DNA of 64,000 nucleotides from Nymphaea colorata (lineage: Eukaryota): positions 21,948,001 through 22,012,000 of the forward strand of contig NC_045138.2 of NCBI RefSeq assembly GCF_008831285.2, in the 5' to 3' direction. Below, in pieces: positions 12,078 through 25,015 of this stretch. The notes below the pieces were generated by a model. It worked only from the letters and a program-made list of their open reading frames with translations. It was not told where the DNA came from and ran no database searches. The position numbers and the translations under genes were made by a program. Position 1 is the stretch's first letter. Each line of letters starts with the position of its first letter.

Positions 12078-13291
12078 TTCAACTACAAAGAACCACAAGA
12101 AGAAAGAAAGGAAGATGGGGAGCTTGTTGCTAAATGAGCAACCCAACGGGGGAAATATTCAGATTTTGAAGCGACTTATGAAAACCTGGAACCTTGGTTA
12201 ATCCGCCCGGAAGTGGAGAAGGAAAAAGAGAGAGTACAAGATTAAAGGACAACCCCCACTTACAGCCGTTAATCAAACAAACTAAGTTTCAGGGTGGTGG
12301 GGAGGAGAGAGAGCGAGAGAAACCAGATCCCTTTAGAAATGGGATTCCCCTGCAGAGATGGCAAATTGCAAGCACATTGTAAGATTATCTTATGATACAA
12401 TGACACGGATACGACACCCACATTCAAAATCTGGCCAGACAAAAAAGTTACCACACTTTTGTAAAAAGTTAAAAAGTAAAACCGTTTGCTAAATAATGTA
12501 AATATAATACCATACCACTAATCAAAACTATCAAAAAAACTAAGTCAATATCTATGCATCTTTCGTCACTGGCGAACGTGTCCAAATCGTCTCACTCGAA
12601 AGATGGGAAATGTATTTCCGATATTAAATAGCCAACAAATTGATGGGACAAAGCACATGCATATTAATTAACGACAGTTAAATAATTAATTAGGAGAAAA
12701 CGATCCTACCGATGGGATCCTTTTACTTAGATCCCCTTCGGTTTGGAACTCTCTTGATTAGGAAGAGAAGTAGGAACTGAATGAGGCTTCCAGAAGGATG
12801 CTAGAAGAAAGCGTTTCGGTTGCAGCTGCTCTCGGTGAGTGACATTGACAGAGCAGGAGACGTAAAGAGAGCGGGAGTAACCTCAGAGATGCGGCGCTGC
12901 GTTCGGCCGGTGAGGGATGCTTCGGGCTGCAGGTGGCTGGCAAGGGGAGATCGAGAGTGAGCAGCAAGAGGAAACTCGAAAGAGAGAAATGAAAAAGGGA
13001 GAGAGGGAGATGACACCTGTCAATGTCGGCGCGGGTGGCCTTCAGCAGTAGGGTTGGCCGGCGTTTGTTGAGCACAGGGAGAGGGCGACGAATTGAACGG
13101 AGGGACAGAGGCGAGAAACGGAGGGCGAGCTGCTGCCCTAAGCCAGCAGAAAATCGGTCTGCGCTCAGAACTTCCGAGTTCCGAGGCCCGACTTTTTCCC
13201 AGGGAAGAAAAACAAATCTGCGCTCTTGTCTCGCGCGGGATAGGCGGGACGGGAGATAAAATCCGAGGATTTATTCCCCCGCGCTGGGTTC

Positions 13292-13641
13292 GTGCTCAAC
13301 TTTATAAATGAGCTGAGTTCGAGCTTACAAAGATGCTCGAAATGATAAACGAGTGAAGTTCAAGTTTCAGGAATTGAAAACCGGTACTTAACGTTTAGGG
13401 TAAAAACAAATTTTTATAAGTTAGACAAATTGAACGCTTACACAAGTTAAATGAGTTAATGCTGACATGAATTAACACCTAAACAAATTAAATGGGTTAA
13501 ACCAGTCGAGTTCGAGCTTCATTTTGTATAGTCGAGTTGAGCTCGAGCTTGCTATAAGGAACTCGTGGTTTTTGAGCCGAGCAGAGCCGAGCTCGAGCTG
13601 GCCAAGCTTGGTGGGCTCGACTTGACTCATGTGCAGCCCTA
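13292..13641. mobile_element. MITE of the GAGCTCGAGC-rich (hAT-like) family
   Basis: Dense CGAGCT/GAGCTCGAG subterminal repeats ending in GCAGCCCTA. Same family as 18847 and 48385. Confidence 0.6.
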
Positions 13642-15859
13642 ATATAGAATTTCTTTGGCTCGTCATTGGTTTTAACGTATACCCTTCAACTCGAGTAACA
13701 GTGTAACACGCATGCTCCATTGGCATTTGCCCATTCTGATCAGTGCCACTTGTGATTGATATGTTCCTTAAGTTGTTAGGTTACATTGGGGTTTGGATTA
13801 ATATTAAGGTGACTCGTTTGCTACCTGATCTATTATTCTCTAGTAATTAAATGAGACTTTCATGCCTCTCACCATATGTAACCAAACACGCTATTACGCA
13901 ACCTGTTTCTCATGCTTTTTGCATTCAAGGCCCTTCTTCAGCAAAAAAAGAAATGGAGGAGAAACGTAGACGTTTGATTCGCCTCAAAATTGATTCAAGA
14001 TCCCATGGGGATTGTTACAAACCTGGTGCACAAGTTTTTAGATGTAAAGCAAATTATTTAAGAACGAAGCCAAGATTGCTTAACTTATGGTCTTCAGTAA
14101 TTGAAATCCAACGATACAATACAGTTCTTAATTGTTGCTCTTTGATTTTCTTGTGAAGGCAATGAAGGAGGGACTGATGCCATCCAGCAAGATGACAATG
14201 AGGAACGTGAAAGAAGGACACATTTCATTATTTTTATTTTAAATAATTCAATTGTAAAGAGGTACTTTCTCGATGTTATTCTTTGGTAAACTTTCAAAAG
14301 ATTTAAATATGATATTTTTCAATGAATTCTTTCATAATATGCGTACTTCTAATATATTTGCATGTTTAGAGGCTCAAAATGAACCCTCTATATATTTCCT
14401 TTTAACATATATTATACAATTCATAAAAGACATACTTCTATTGCATTTCTGAATGAACCCTCCATATATTGCCGTTTGACATACGTTGCAAACTGATACA
14501 AAGAGGTACTTTCATTGTTCTTTCTTAACATTCTTTGTATTTTGTTACTTTTCATAAGTTGAACATGAGTGTGCTTATACAAATGATGATATATACGAGA
14601 AAAATGTACATAATTTTCCCGGAGGCTTCTCATATAGTGCCTTATATATTAATATTCGCTATTTTTAGGTGGAGAGGATCATATACATGTTGAACATCCA
14701 TCGACATCTACGAGTAAGTTGATCTTCTTTTCATGGCTTCTTTGATTTAGTGTTTCTCAAGTGGTTATGAGGGTTTTATACATAGATATATGTGTACAGA
14801 TTTTTAAAAGTTAGATAGCAAATCTTATATGTCTTTTCACTTTCTCATTAATTTTTCATTTTATATGTGAGACGTTACAGGTCATAAGATCATGTTATGA
14901 CTAGTGAAGTTGCCTAAAAACAGAGAGGGATGTTCTGATTGCATTCTATCAAGAATGCATCCTGGGAGGAATGAAAGGGACAGAACATATCGAGAAAATT
15001 AAGATTGGTGGTGTACAAAGGTTCTTCCATCTTCATTCTAGGAATTGTGACGGGCATGTGATTAATCGACTGCCGGAGATGCGAACAACTTTAAGAAGAA
15101 GTATTGTTAAAGTGGTTGGTTGTCCTTGTTCCTAGCTTAGAACTGAAACTGTTAAGAAGTGGGTTCAAATCCGTCAGACCAGGGGACCAAGCCTGCTATG
15201 AGAGCGAGTCCGTTCATTACATTTTCTGATAACATTTTAATACAACGGTCACAAAAAATGACATGTAATTTAAGTGGCATATTGCCTAAAAGTCTGACCA
15301 GATGCACACTTTACAAAGTTCACTTGTTTCTATCGAAGATGTCTTTTGTTGCGATCAGAGAGAGAAAACTTTCTTATCATTATTCACGAAACCCTAATCT
15401 CAGATTAAAAGAGATTAGGGTGGCAATAACAAATTTACAGATTCAGTCCACTAAAAATAAGATAACAATAAAGTAGACGCATTTCAACTTTCTAATATTT
15501 CAAAAAGACTAACCGACTCCTAAAAGTATTTTACATCTTTCTTATTCTTTCCTAAGACTATTTTGCAGGTTACACTTCAGGCCTTAGCTGCTTTCTATGA
15601 ATCACATGATATTGTGCTAATCTTACCTAATTTTGAACCAACATACACGAGACATCTACAAAGTGACTTCTTTTAGTGACAGAATAGTTGGCAAGGACTT
15701 TCTTATAACTGGATTGATTTCTTAGTGAAAGTGATTTGATATCTGATTCTCATCTTGACTAAAATATAGTAGCTTTCATATATACGTCTTGTAATGTGCT
15801 TTTGAACATCATTATATGTTAGCAAGTACTATTAGCATGTAAAGTAGTGTTAATGCTGT

Positions 15860-16028
15860 TAGGGGTGGAGCCACGGTTTTTTTTAGAGGCGGGCCAAACG
15901 ATCCGCAGGTCAGACCAAGAGGAGCGATGAGCCTGGCCAAACTAAAAAAAATTGATTTTTTAATATTTTTTTTCCTGTGGTCACCCGGGCCATGGCCCAG
16001 GCGAGGCCCCTCCCTCCCTCTGCCCCTG
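15860..16028. mobile_element. hAT-type MITE
   Basis: TIR TAGGGGTGGAG / CTCTGCCCCTG. 8-bp TSD AATGCTGT (15852-15859) / AATGTTGT (16029-16036). Confidence 0.75.
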
Positions 16029-16374
16029 AATGTTGTGTATGGGTAGTGTTCTTGTTTTCTGCATATACGCAGTTAGAGCATTTCGTAGATACATGTACGT
16101 GGTATATGTAGAGATCATTTCACCATGTTTCAGGTAATGCTAATGTACTTGCTGACCCGTTTGAATATGGTTTAAAATGTTTTCAAATTTGCTTCATTGG
16201 ATTTTTATTTTTGTTTTCTCATAAAACCACACGTTTTATATTGTTGCGGATTCAGTTGGAATGAATAAATTGGACTCTTTACAGTGGTTGAAGTCATTTT
16301 GGTTGCTGTTAGTTAAATATTGTTTAATCGCTGCCCAACAGTCACATTTATTAGATTGCCCATAAAGTTAGAAA

Positions 16375-16737
16375 CATAGTCACAAATAAAGTTTCGGATT
16401 TTTAAATGGTGAGGTTTTTCTTGGATATAATAAAGCGAGCTTAAAAATTTGGAAAAAAAATATGATAAATTTAAAAAAAAAACTAAAAATGAAAGGAAAA
16501 TTAAATAAGTGAGAAACTAATAACACAAACATCAAAAGATAAGTAGATTTGCAATAAAAAAAAAAAAAAAAAAACTGTGTGGCATTTAAAAAAAATGAAA
16601 AAATTCGTTAAAAACATGTTTTCTTCGTTTTAACGTTTTTTCAAACAAACACGTTTTTTTGAGTTTTAAATGACCATTTAATTTATCGCATTTTTTTGCA
16701 TTTTTTTCAAAAAAAAAAACGTGTTTTCTTGACTATT
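16375..16737. mobile_element. AT-rich non-autonomous DNA transposon, same family as 22727-23110
   Basis: Starts CATAGTCACAAATAA and ends TTCTTGACTAT. Shares AATAAGTGAGAAACTAAT...AAACATCAAAAGATAAGTAGATTTGCAA with the 22727 copy. Confidence 0.65.
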
Positions 16738-18257
16738 CCAGCCTTGTTCTGTATATATTGTTATACAATTCCTTGAAGCTTGATTGAATGTTTGCTAGTA
16801 TCCAAAGGTGAAATAGGTGAATGTTTATTATACATTAAGTGGGGTATTTGTCTGATCATATGCATGTTGCTGTCTAGATTTTATATCATGAGGGGCAGGT
16901 GCAAGGGACAGGATGGGGATTAGTAACAGTTAGTTTCCATTTTGAACTCTTATGATATTAACTCTTTGTACAGCAAAGGAAGAAGGAGGAGAAGGAAGGA
17001 AATCAATATGCAAGTTGAAGTATAACGACTGAGTTACCTCGAGACACTGAAAGCAGCCCTGGACTTTGGAAAAATTAAAGGGGACAAACTCTGCTTTCAC
17101 TGCAGTATGACACTATTATTGAAAATCATATTTATTATACATGAAATGGGTTGTTTGTTTAATCATATGCATGTGGCCTTCTAGGTTTTGTATTAGTTGA
17201 AAAATGTGTATCACCACCATGTTGTCAAATGGATGCTCATCCAATCCACCGTTGACATGTGGCCGGTCTAACCCTAGTACAGTATTGTACTATTGTTGAG
17301 GCATTTCCCACATATAAGAATTTTTATTTATTTATCATTCATCAAGTGGGTATTTGTTTAATCATATGCATGCTGCTACCTAGATTTTGAATTGGTTGGC
17401 AATTGCATCACTAACATGGATACTCACCCATTGGCCATTTAATGAGAGGTTAAATCGGTCTATCCATAGCCTTGCTTGGAAAGTGACCGTTTAAAATAGT
17501 AGCGCCCACAAGAATCAAACTGACGTGCTTTTACTAGCCTATTTAACTATACAACGCCAATCGAGGCACCAAATCCGCCATTAACAATCAAATACTAGTA
17601 TAGTATGACACTATTATTGAGAAGTGATTGGCTCCTACGTCTATAAAAATCTAACTTATTGAGTTGCCCCACTTAGTTTCATGTTAGAACTTGGAATTAT
17701 GGGCCTCTGCTTTCCAAGTAGAAGTTTCGTATAAAATCGATGATAACCAGGTGCTATCGGCGCCTCAACGTGGATTTAACTAGTTGATTTCTACCACGAT
17801 GAAGTTCATTTTTCCTAAGTATGTCTGAAATATCAGATTCGGAGTCCTCTGATTTGAACTGAAGATCTCTAATCTGTCGCTTTGGATTAGACCAAACAAG
17901 TTTCTGCATATGTGAGATGTATATATGTTTCAGATCTCTGAAAATTGAGGATCTCCAACACCATGCTTCGATTAAAATTGGCATTGGATTGGTAACCAAA
18001 TGCAAATAATTTATGTGTTTTTCTTCTCAAATTTAATAAATACGACTTTAGGAAATCAGAACACATATTTGGTGATTTCTAACAAAATCACACTTAAGTT
18101 TTTATTTCATATGAAGGAAACCACCAAAAGGAAGACAAAAAACTTATCACTGAAAATCTGAAAGTTGTTTTTTTTTTTTTTCTCTCTTTTTCTTTTGTGT
18201 CAACAGAAGAATCTGGATTCGCCACTGGATCCATCGTTCGGGCATGCACCTTGATTC

Positions 18258-18630
18258 AAGTAACTAGAAAAGTTGCTGACGAATTTTAAATTTTATTGCT
18301 GAACAAAAAGCTTCATTAATAAGCTTGAAAGAAGATTTATGGATTTTAAAATTTGTCAGAAGATTGACATCAGCTTTCATGTCAATCTTTGGACAATTTT
18401 TCTACGACAAATTTGTTTGGAGGCTCATGTGAATCTTATGAATTTTAAAATCCATAAAATCACTAACCTTCTTTCAGACATATTAACGCAGTTCATATTG
18501 GGCAATGAAATTTGAAACCCATAAACCGTTTTTTTTCGTTACTAGGAGAAGTGGACATGTTAATGCAGTTCATATTGCGCAATGAAATTTGAAATCCATG
18601 AGCAATTTTTTTTTTTCGTTACTATGAGAA
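18258..18630. repeat. Foldback (MITE-like) inverted repeat with a tandemly duplicated right arm
   Basis: TTTATGGATTTTAAAATT (about 18336) pairs with AATTTTAAAATCCATAAA (about 18441). An approximately 78-bp unit (TAAyGCAGTTCATATTG...TTCGTTACTA) is repeated at about 18484 and 18561. Confidence 0.55.
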
Positions 18631-18846
18631 TGATACTTTGATGGAATTTCCCCTAAATAATCAAAAATTTGGTAAATAAAAGATATATTTTTTAAATTAA
18701 ATCATGACTCGTACAATAGTTTGATCCGAAGGGCTGTAACCCATGGAGCGGTAAAGCAGTCCACTTTTTAAAGGGTTATAAAATTCAAATCCAATGATTG
18801 TTGTCACAACTCAATGTACACATCCTTTGAACCATAGTAAGTCTGT

Positions 18847-19200
18847 TAGGGGTTAATGCGAGTCGAGTTGAGCCCAAGTTTAGTCAGCTCGAGCTCGAGC
18901 TTGAGCTTGGTTTGACTAATGAAACCTCGAGCTCAACTCGGTTCGAGCTTCAAGAATAGCTTGACAGAAGCAGCTCAAGTTGAACTCGATTAAGGCTTGA
19001 CAAACTTGTAAACTTGTTTGAATATATCGACTTGATTAGGGCTCAAGCTCGACTCGGCAGTTATATGTTGAACTCAAACTCAACTCGATTATTTAAATGA
19101 GTCCACTCATGAACTCGAGCTCGACTTGTTAAGTAAATGACTCGACTCGAAGTCGTTCACGAACCAAACTTTAACAAGTCGAGCTTTAATGGTTGGCTAG
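18847..19200. mobile_element. MITE of the GAGCTCGAGC-rich (hAT-like) family
   Basis: Begins TAGGGGTTAATG and has many CTCGAGCTCGA repeats. Confidence 0.6.
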
Positions 19201-21006
19201 TCGTGTGAACGTTGAGAGTGGACGGCCATAAAGAAGAAGCACTTACCCTTTAAAAAGAATGGCAATTCCATGCATTTAATGCAGAAAACGGAAGGCAGAA
19301 ACAAAGATTCTTTTGTTTTAGAAAACTGTCATTTTACCAAATATGTAAAGCCATTTTCAATACGTCCACGAAAGGAATTTCAATATTACATTAAATTCTT
19401 TTTACTGCCTCTAAGACCAGATCTTGGGGACCATAGCTTTGGATATGAACTATTTTCCTTTAAAGTGTCATATGTAAAAGGTGTACATATGGTGAGACAG
19501 AATCACATGGACACAGCACGCATGCATGCACTAAACCCAAGGACGGAGCCCCTGACCCTACCTTAATTATTTTTTTTAATTTATATATAAATTTTTAAAA
19601 ATATCATTTGTTTTATATAAAAATTTTGAAAAATAATATTTCGATTGTAATTAAAATTTAAAAACTTTAATTCATGAAAAATTTCTGGCTCCGCCTCGTG
19701 ACTAGACCTAAGTTTACTCAAGTTTTAATACTAAATTCACGTTTTAAATGATGAGCTTTCTTAAATAATATGCCCCACGGAGACCCCCACTTGCTTCCTG
19801 TCCCAGCTGGTTGTGCGTTGAAGTTTTGGTATATAAGTCACCAACGTGCAAATATAACTCTAAAACGTGAAACATTTAATAAATATTAGAAATCGACTAT
19901 TTAAAAGACCAAGCAAACAAAAAACAAAAAGTAGTTGAAGCAGGAGAATTGAAACGAAAAAAACTGTGCAAGATCAAGGAACTATTAGCTATGTTTTGAC
20001 AGAAAAGCTTGTTTATGTCCATGAAATGTGATGTTTGCATGTGAATGCAACCTGCAGATCGCTTGCAACAGAATAAAATCACGCCAACCTTGTATTCTCA
20101 CAAATGAAAAGTTTCAATACGAGAGTAAAGAGACGAAAATAAAGGTCGATAAGTTATCGTGCCGGGCCGATGGACCCAACTAAGCCCAATTTGGCCTTAT
20201 AAGATTTTTTTTTTAAATTTTAATTTTATGATTTTTATATATAATTATAATATGCACATCTATTTTTAGCATTTCATTAGTTTACATGAGATCCACATGT
20301 AAAACTATTAGTTTAATTTTTGTATGCTTTATTATTTCAAATTAAGTTGTTTGTTTATTTTGGAACCCTAGTTCATAATTATGGAAAATGAGAAGACAAA
20401 TCCAAACTCACAGAGTTAACTGCATAAACCAAACTGGATTTAGGTCCTCGTCTATCTAAGATTTGGTTAAATGAGTCTATAAGCATTCTTTTGCAAATAA
20501 TAAAAAATTGAAGAGGTAGCAAAAAGGATTTCTCTAAACTATAATTTTCAAATGGAATAATAGATCCTTGGTCCATCATTAACCCCTCACTTCCCCCAAC
20601 CAGCGGCTCTACCCGACACCAGCCGGACATCAAGGGGATGGCGCCGTTCCTGGCTGGCCGGCCCGTGCTGGGTTTGGTCCCGCCTCAACTATTTGAAAAA
20701 AAAAATTGTTATAAAAATTAAAAAATTTTGATTGGGTAATGTATTTTTTATATTCGGATTTAGTCTGTGTTTTATTCGAATAAGTTCAATGAACCGTTTG
20801 GCTCACTCCTGAAAAAAATCCTGACTTTGTCGCCTTAAAACGGGACAGTGAGAAGGAAGAGAGGTGGGAGGGGCATGGGTGTATAAAGATCATTGTGAGA
20901 GAGGGAGAGAGCTGGAAGAAAGAGAAATAAAGTTGAAAAAAAAAAAAAGAATTTGGACAATCCAATCTTTTGAGCGGACAATTATGATGAGCAATTCGTT
21001 TGAGAC

Positions 21007-21069
<63 letters not shown>

Positions 21070-21839
21070 TAAATTTGCTGAATGAATTTAAAAAGAAAAA
21101 GATAAAATTATGCTCACCTGTATATCATCAACCTGTATATCATGGGTGCTTGAAGCCAAGAGGCACGTCAAACAAAATAAGTTATTTTTCTCTTTAGAAA
21201 AAATAAATTTTTACATGGGTATATTCCTCTTGACACGACACGGAAGCCTACGCACGGGGTCGGGCCGCCTCAAAAAAAGAGCATTGAGTTGGCTCGGGTG
21301 AGCTTGATAATTTTTTAATATTTATTTTATTAATTTTTATATATAATTATAATAACTTATTACCATTAATTATATATATATTATTTTATATATAAAAAAT
21401 TAATTTAATCAAGTCGGGCTCGAGTTCAACTGGGTTTTTAATTGTCGGGCAGAGCCCGAGCCCGACTCCTTACGGGCCCTGGCCGGCTCAATGCATGGGC
21501 TTACTGAGGCACAGCACAGAATTCCTGGGGCTGAGGAATGAAGAGACTTCGGCCTCCTGTGGTGGGTTGTTAACTTTCTGTTTATCAGATTGTCTTCTTG
21601 TGTTCTTGCTTACGAAACTGCGGCCCCTTGTGATGGGCTGTTAACTCTTCCTGTTTTTACTCATAAATCCAGACCATATTGGCTTCAACATGGGGACAGG
21701 AACGCCTCCTTTTTCCAAGCTAATGTTAAGAATAATTAGACAAAGAAGAAGACGTCAGCTATGGAGATCATTGGTACTTTACTTGAAGGGTTGGGACCGT
21801 TACATAACGCATGTAAAGATTATTTATTCGTTTTTCATA

Positions 21840-23360
21840 GAAGAAAGAGATGATTGTGCCAATACGGATGATCTAATTCTTGTTGAGGCCAATTACCGAT
21901 TATGAGGTCGAATCAATCATGTTTAGTATGAAAGCAGAGAAGACATTAGGCTCAGACAGATTTTCTGCTGAATTTTACCAAAAATTTTAGAGCATCATCT
22001 GTGGAGATGCTGCAGAGGCTGTCAAAGACTATTTTAGATATGGTACACAGTTGATTCATTCAACATCAGATCCTCCTTGTCCAAGAGCAGGTAATTAGTT
22101 CTCAATAATCACAAAGTTGATCAGTTCTTGCTTCTGAAAGTTGATATTTTCAAAGCACATGACAAAGTAACGTGGCGGTTTGGAATATTGGCTTTCTGAT
22201 TTCAGTTTTAGTGATGCTTGGGTACGCAGAATTATGAGTTGCGTTACAGCTAGTTCTTTGCTTTGGTCATCAATGGCAGGCAGGGATCTTTCTTTGCAAC
22301 CAACAGGGGACTGCAACAAGGTGATCCAATGTCCCCTTGCTTTTCATTCTTTGAGATTCTCTCTAGAAGATTAAGATAGGAAACGCAAGCGAACATAATT
22401 TTTGGTGGAGAACTGTAGTTGGGGTGTTCTTGCTTGGTTGGAGACACTGATGCAAATTTCTGCAACAAATTGTTCACTTACACCATCTACCATTTACAAT
22501 GTCACTTCCCCTTGGATTAGATCTGTCATTATGGTATTGAGCTTAACTCTGATTATTACAGTCTTTTGTGGAGCAACACTCATGTTCTCATGATGAAAAG
22601 GATGAATATTGTACATGAAAAGAGTCTGTAAAGACTAAAGAGGATAACGAATCACGTAACAATCTGTTTCTTCATTTTCGAGTGGCAAAAATGCTTTGGC
22701 AAATGGTAGAAATCAGTTTTGAGTCTCATAGTTACAAATAACGTTTGGGAGTTTTACATGACGAGATTTTTCTTCCATATAATACGCAGCCTTGAAAAAA
22801 AGGAGAAAAATATAGTAAATTTTGAAAAATTTTAAAAAACCAAAAGTAAGAGAAAATAAAATAAGTGAGAAACTAATGACATAAACATCAAAAGATAAGT
22901 AGATTTGCAACAAATAAAAAATAAAAAATGAAAAACGAAAAGCTGTTTGACATTAAAAAAAACTGAAAAAATGAAAAAAGTGAAACAAACATGTGTTTTT
23001 TTGTTTTGAACGCTTTTTTTTTTCAAAAAACATGTTTTTTTAGTTTTAAACGGCCATTTAATTTATCACTTTTTTTTTAGTGGTTTTGAAGAAAGAAAAA
23101 CACGTTTTCTGTGTTGAGCAGAGACACTGGAGATGGGGGAAAAGTCGGAAATTTAAATCTCTTTGGGTTAAAAAGTGCTGGTTTGCTACTTTTTGGATGG
23201 TCATTTGTTATCGATATGCTTTACTTCATGTCACTTTTATTGATTTTACTTCCAATCTTTGGGCAGATCTTACCACTTTATTTTGTATTCGTAATTGGGG
23301 TGATGGCCAGAGGTAGTGAACATGATGTTCGTTATGGGTTCCTATAAGAAGGCATCTTTC
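21840..23360 (+). mobile_element. Degenerate L1-type LINE ORF2 (reverse transcriptase) remnant
   Basis: LLRPITDYEVESIMFSMKAEKTLGSDRFSAEFYQKF*SIICGD (KAPGPDGF..EFYQ.FW-like), KVDxxKAHDKV, VINGRQGSFFATNRGLQQGDPMSP. Many stops and frameshifts. Confidence 0.85.
22727..23110. mobile_element. AT-rich non-autonomous DNA transposon inserted in copy A only
   Basis: Homologous to 16375-16737 and absent at the corresponding site of copy B (about 35519-35550). Confidence 0.7.
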
Positions 23361-23604
23361 AACAATCCCTACATGTTCAAAGCTACATTACCAGTCTACA
23401 AACAATCCTTTTTGTGCTTAATAGATTCTAAGTCTAAGCACGCCTTTTCACAATTCTTCAAATTAAGTACATGGAAATATAAAGCAATCAAACAAAGGAT
23501 CTAATGGTTTACTTTTCGGCGAATATTTTACCTTAGAGCTATTCCTTCAGCGTTAGAACTGGTGGTTTTAACCATGGTTAGGTTAAGTGGTAGCTTGTTT
23601 CTCA

Positions 23605-23950
23605 GGCCCCGTTTGATTTTCGGGGAAAAACTGGTTGAGCGGATGAAAATTAACTGTCCCGAGAAATTTACCCTGCAAAACTCGTACGACCGTGGTAAAT
23701 TTCACCCGAAAAAAAAGTATGAGGTGAGAGCTCCGAGGGTGAAAAAAAAGTCCCAGGGAGCTTGGCAGCAAATTTGATAACAATTGATATGGTCCCTACA
23801 ATGGTCCACCTCAGAATGAAATTCAATAGAGTCCGTAAAGGCCATGTTTTTATCCACAAGAGCCCAAGTGCCTGGATCAATCAAAAGTTCGATTCTATCT
23901 GCACATTGTTCACAAATATTCATTTTAAAATATAAAGCTCTCAAAAATTT
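23605..23950 (+). mobile_element. Left end of a PIF/Harbinger-like element
   Basis: GGCCCCGTTTGA terminus (compare the Tourist end GGGGCCGTTTGA at 61390), preceded by TCA. No matching right TIR found. Confidence 0.45.
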
Positions 23951-23959
23951 CTCGTTTTG

Positions 23960-24230
23960 TCCTCTCTCCTCTCTCGGTCTCTCGTTCCTCTCCTCTTTCA
24001 GAGCCTCTCCGCTCTCGCTCTCTCCTGCCTTTCCTCTCTCGCTGCCTCTCCCCTCTCGCTCTCTCCTTCCTCTCCTCTCTCGCCAGAGCCTCTCCTCTCT
24101 CGGTCTCTCCTTCCTCTCCTCTTTCAGAGCCTCTCCTCTCTCGCTCTCTCGTTCCTCTCCCCTCTCGCTCTCTCGTTCCTCTCCTCTCTCGCTGCCTGTC
24201 CTTTCTCGCTCTCTCGTTCCTCTCCTATTT
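23960..24230 (+). repeat. CT-rich minisatellite with a higher-order repeat
   Basis: CTCTCCTCTCTCGGTCTCTC..TTCCTCTCCTCTTTCAGAGCCTCTCC occurs twice about 126 bp apart. CTCTCGCTCTCTCGTTCCTCTCC subunits repeat. Confidence 0.8.
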
Positions 24231-24978
24231 CCCCAACATCTTCAGGCACCATCTTGAACAGGAAATTTGGGTTTATCCCTCTTGGCTGCTCCTTTACACA
24301 GGTATGCCTCTCACGATTCCCCTTTTTTCACTTCCATCATGCTCTGTTTGGTGGGTGCCTGCTTGGCTTTTGTGAGGAACACTGTGAACGACTGGAATAC
24401 ATTGTGAATTGCTGTTTTTTTTCAGTTTGATTCATGGGACTTGCTGTTTTTTTGCAAACGCAGGCAAATCAGCTAGAAAGCGACATAGCAAGGACTGGAA
24501 TACATTGTGAATTGGATCTTGAAAACCACCGGTGAATAGTCAAGCCTATATCACCTAATCAGGTCTGTGAAAAACCCCTTCGTGCTTTATGTCTTCATTG
24601 AAGCAGCGACAGTGAGAAATGGTGTGGCCACGGGATCTTTGATACCATGAATGCTTTTAATTTTTGCAAGATCATAAATTACTCATCTTTTGGCTCTCGA
24701 TGTTAGTATTTAACTGCTGATACATGGTATTAAATTTCCTCATTTTATGTAAAACAATTGGCAGTTAAAACCAGCATCCACCTTCCCTGTTCTTTTTAGT
24801 TGCTAATCATCAGGTTCTTTCCAATACACACACACTCTCCCTGTTGTTCATCTTGCTCCTATTTCTGGTGTTTCATGCTTTGATAGATGGCTTTTTTGCA
24901 GTCCTTTTTTCATCTTCATTTGGTGTAGGTTGTTTATATTTTGATTTTTTCAGGTCTCTCTTCTCTCTCTCTCTCTCT

Positions 24979-25015
<37 letters not shown>

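Larger units (their letters stand above)
20405..23604 (+). repeat. Local duplication, copy A (main part)
   Basis: 20407-20585 matches 32413-32590. 21073-23560 matches 33674-36963 with indels. 23557-23604 matches 38337-38382. Confidence 0.9.

Noticed and set aside
12758..13311. Cluster of GC-rich ORFs upstream of KAS III
   Set aside because: No recognisable domain. Better explained as promoter or 5'UTR sequence of KAS III, though the UTR exon structure cannot be fixed from sequence alone.
16820..17420. CRISPR-like repeat-spacer array
   Set aside because: Eukaryotic context, only three degenerate repeats, irregular long spacers and no cas genes.
20864..21197. ORFs with IYIYIY or HTHTHT runs (also near 24950, 28080, 29200, 32760)
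   Set aside because: These are translations of (TA)n, (CA)n and (GA)n microsatellites.
23844..24430. Ser/Leu-rich ORFs of 137 and 157 aa
   Set aside because: Artefacts of the CT-rich minisatellite, which lacks stop codons.
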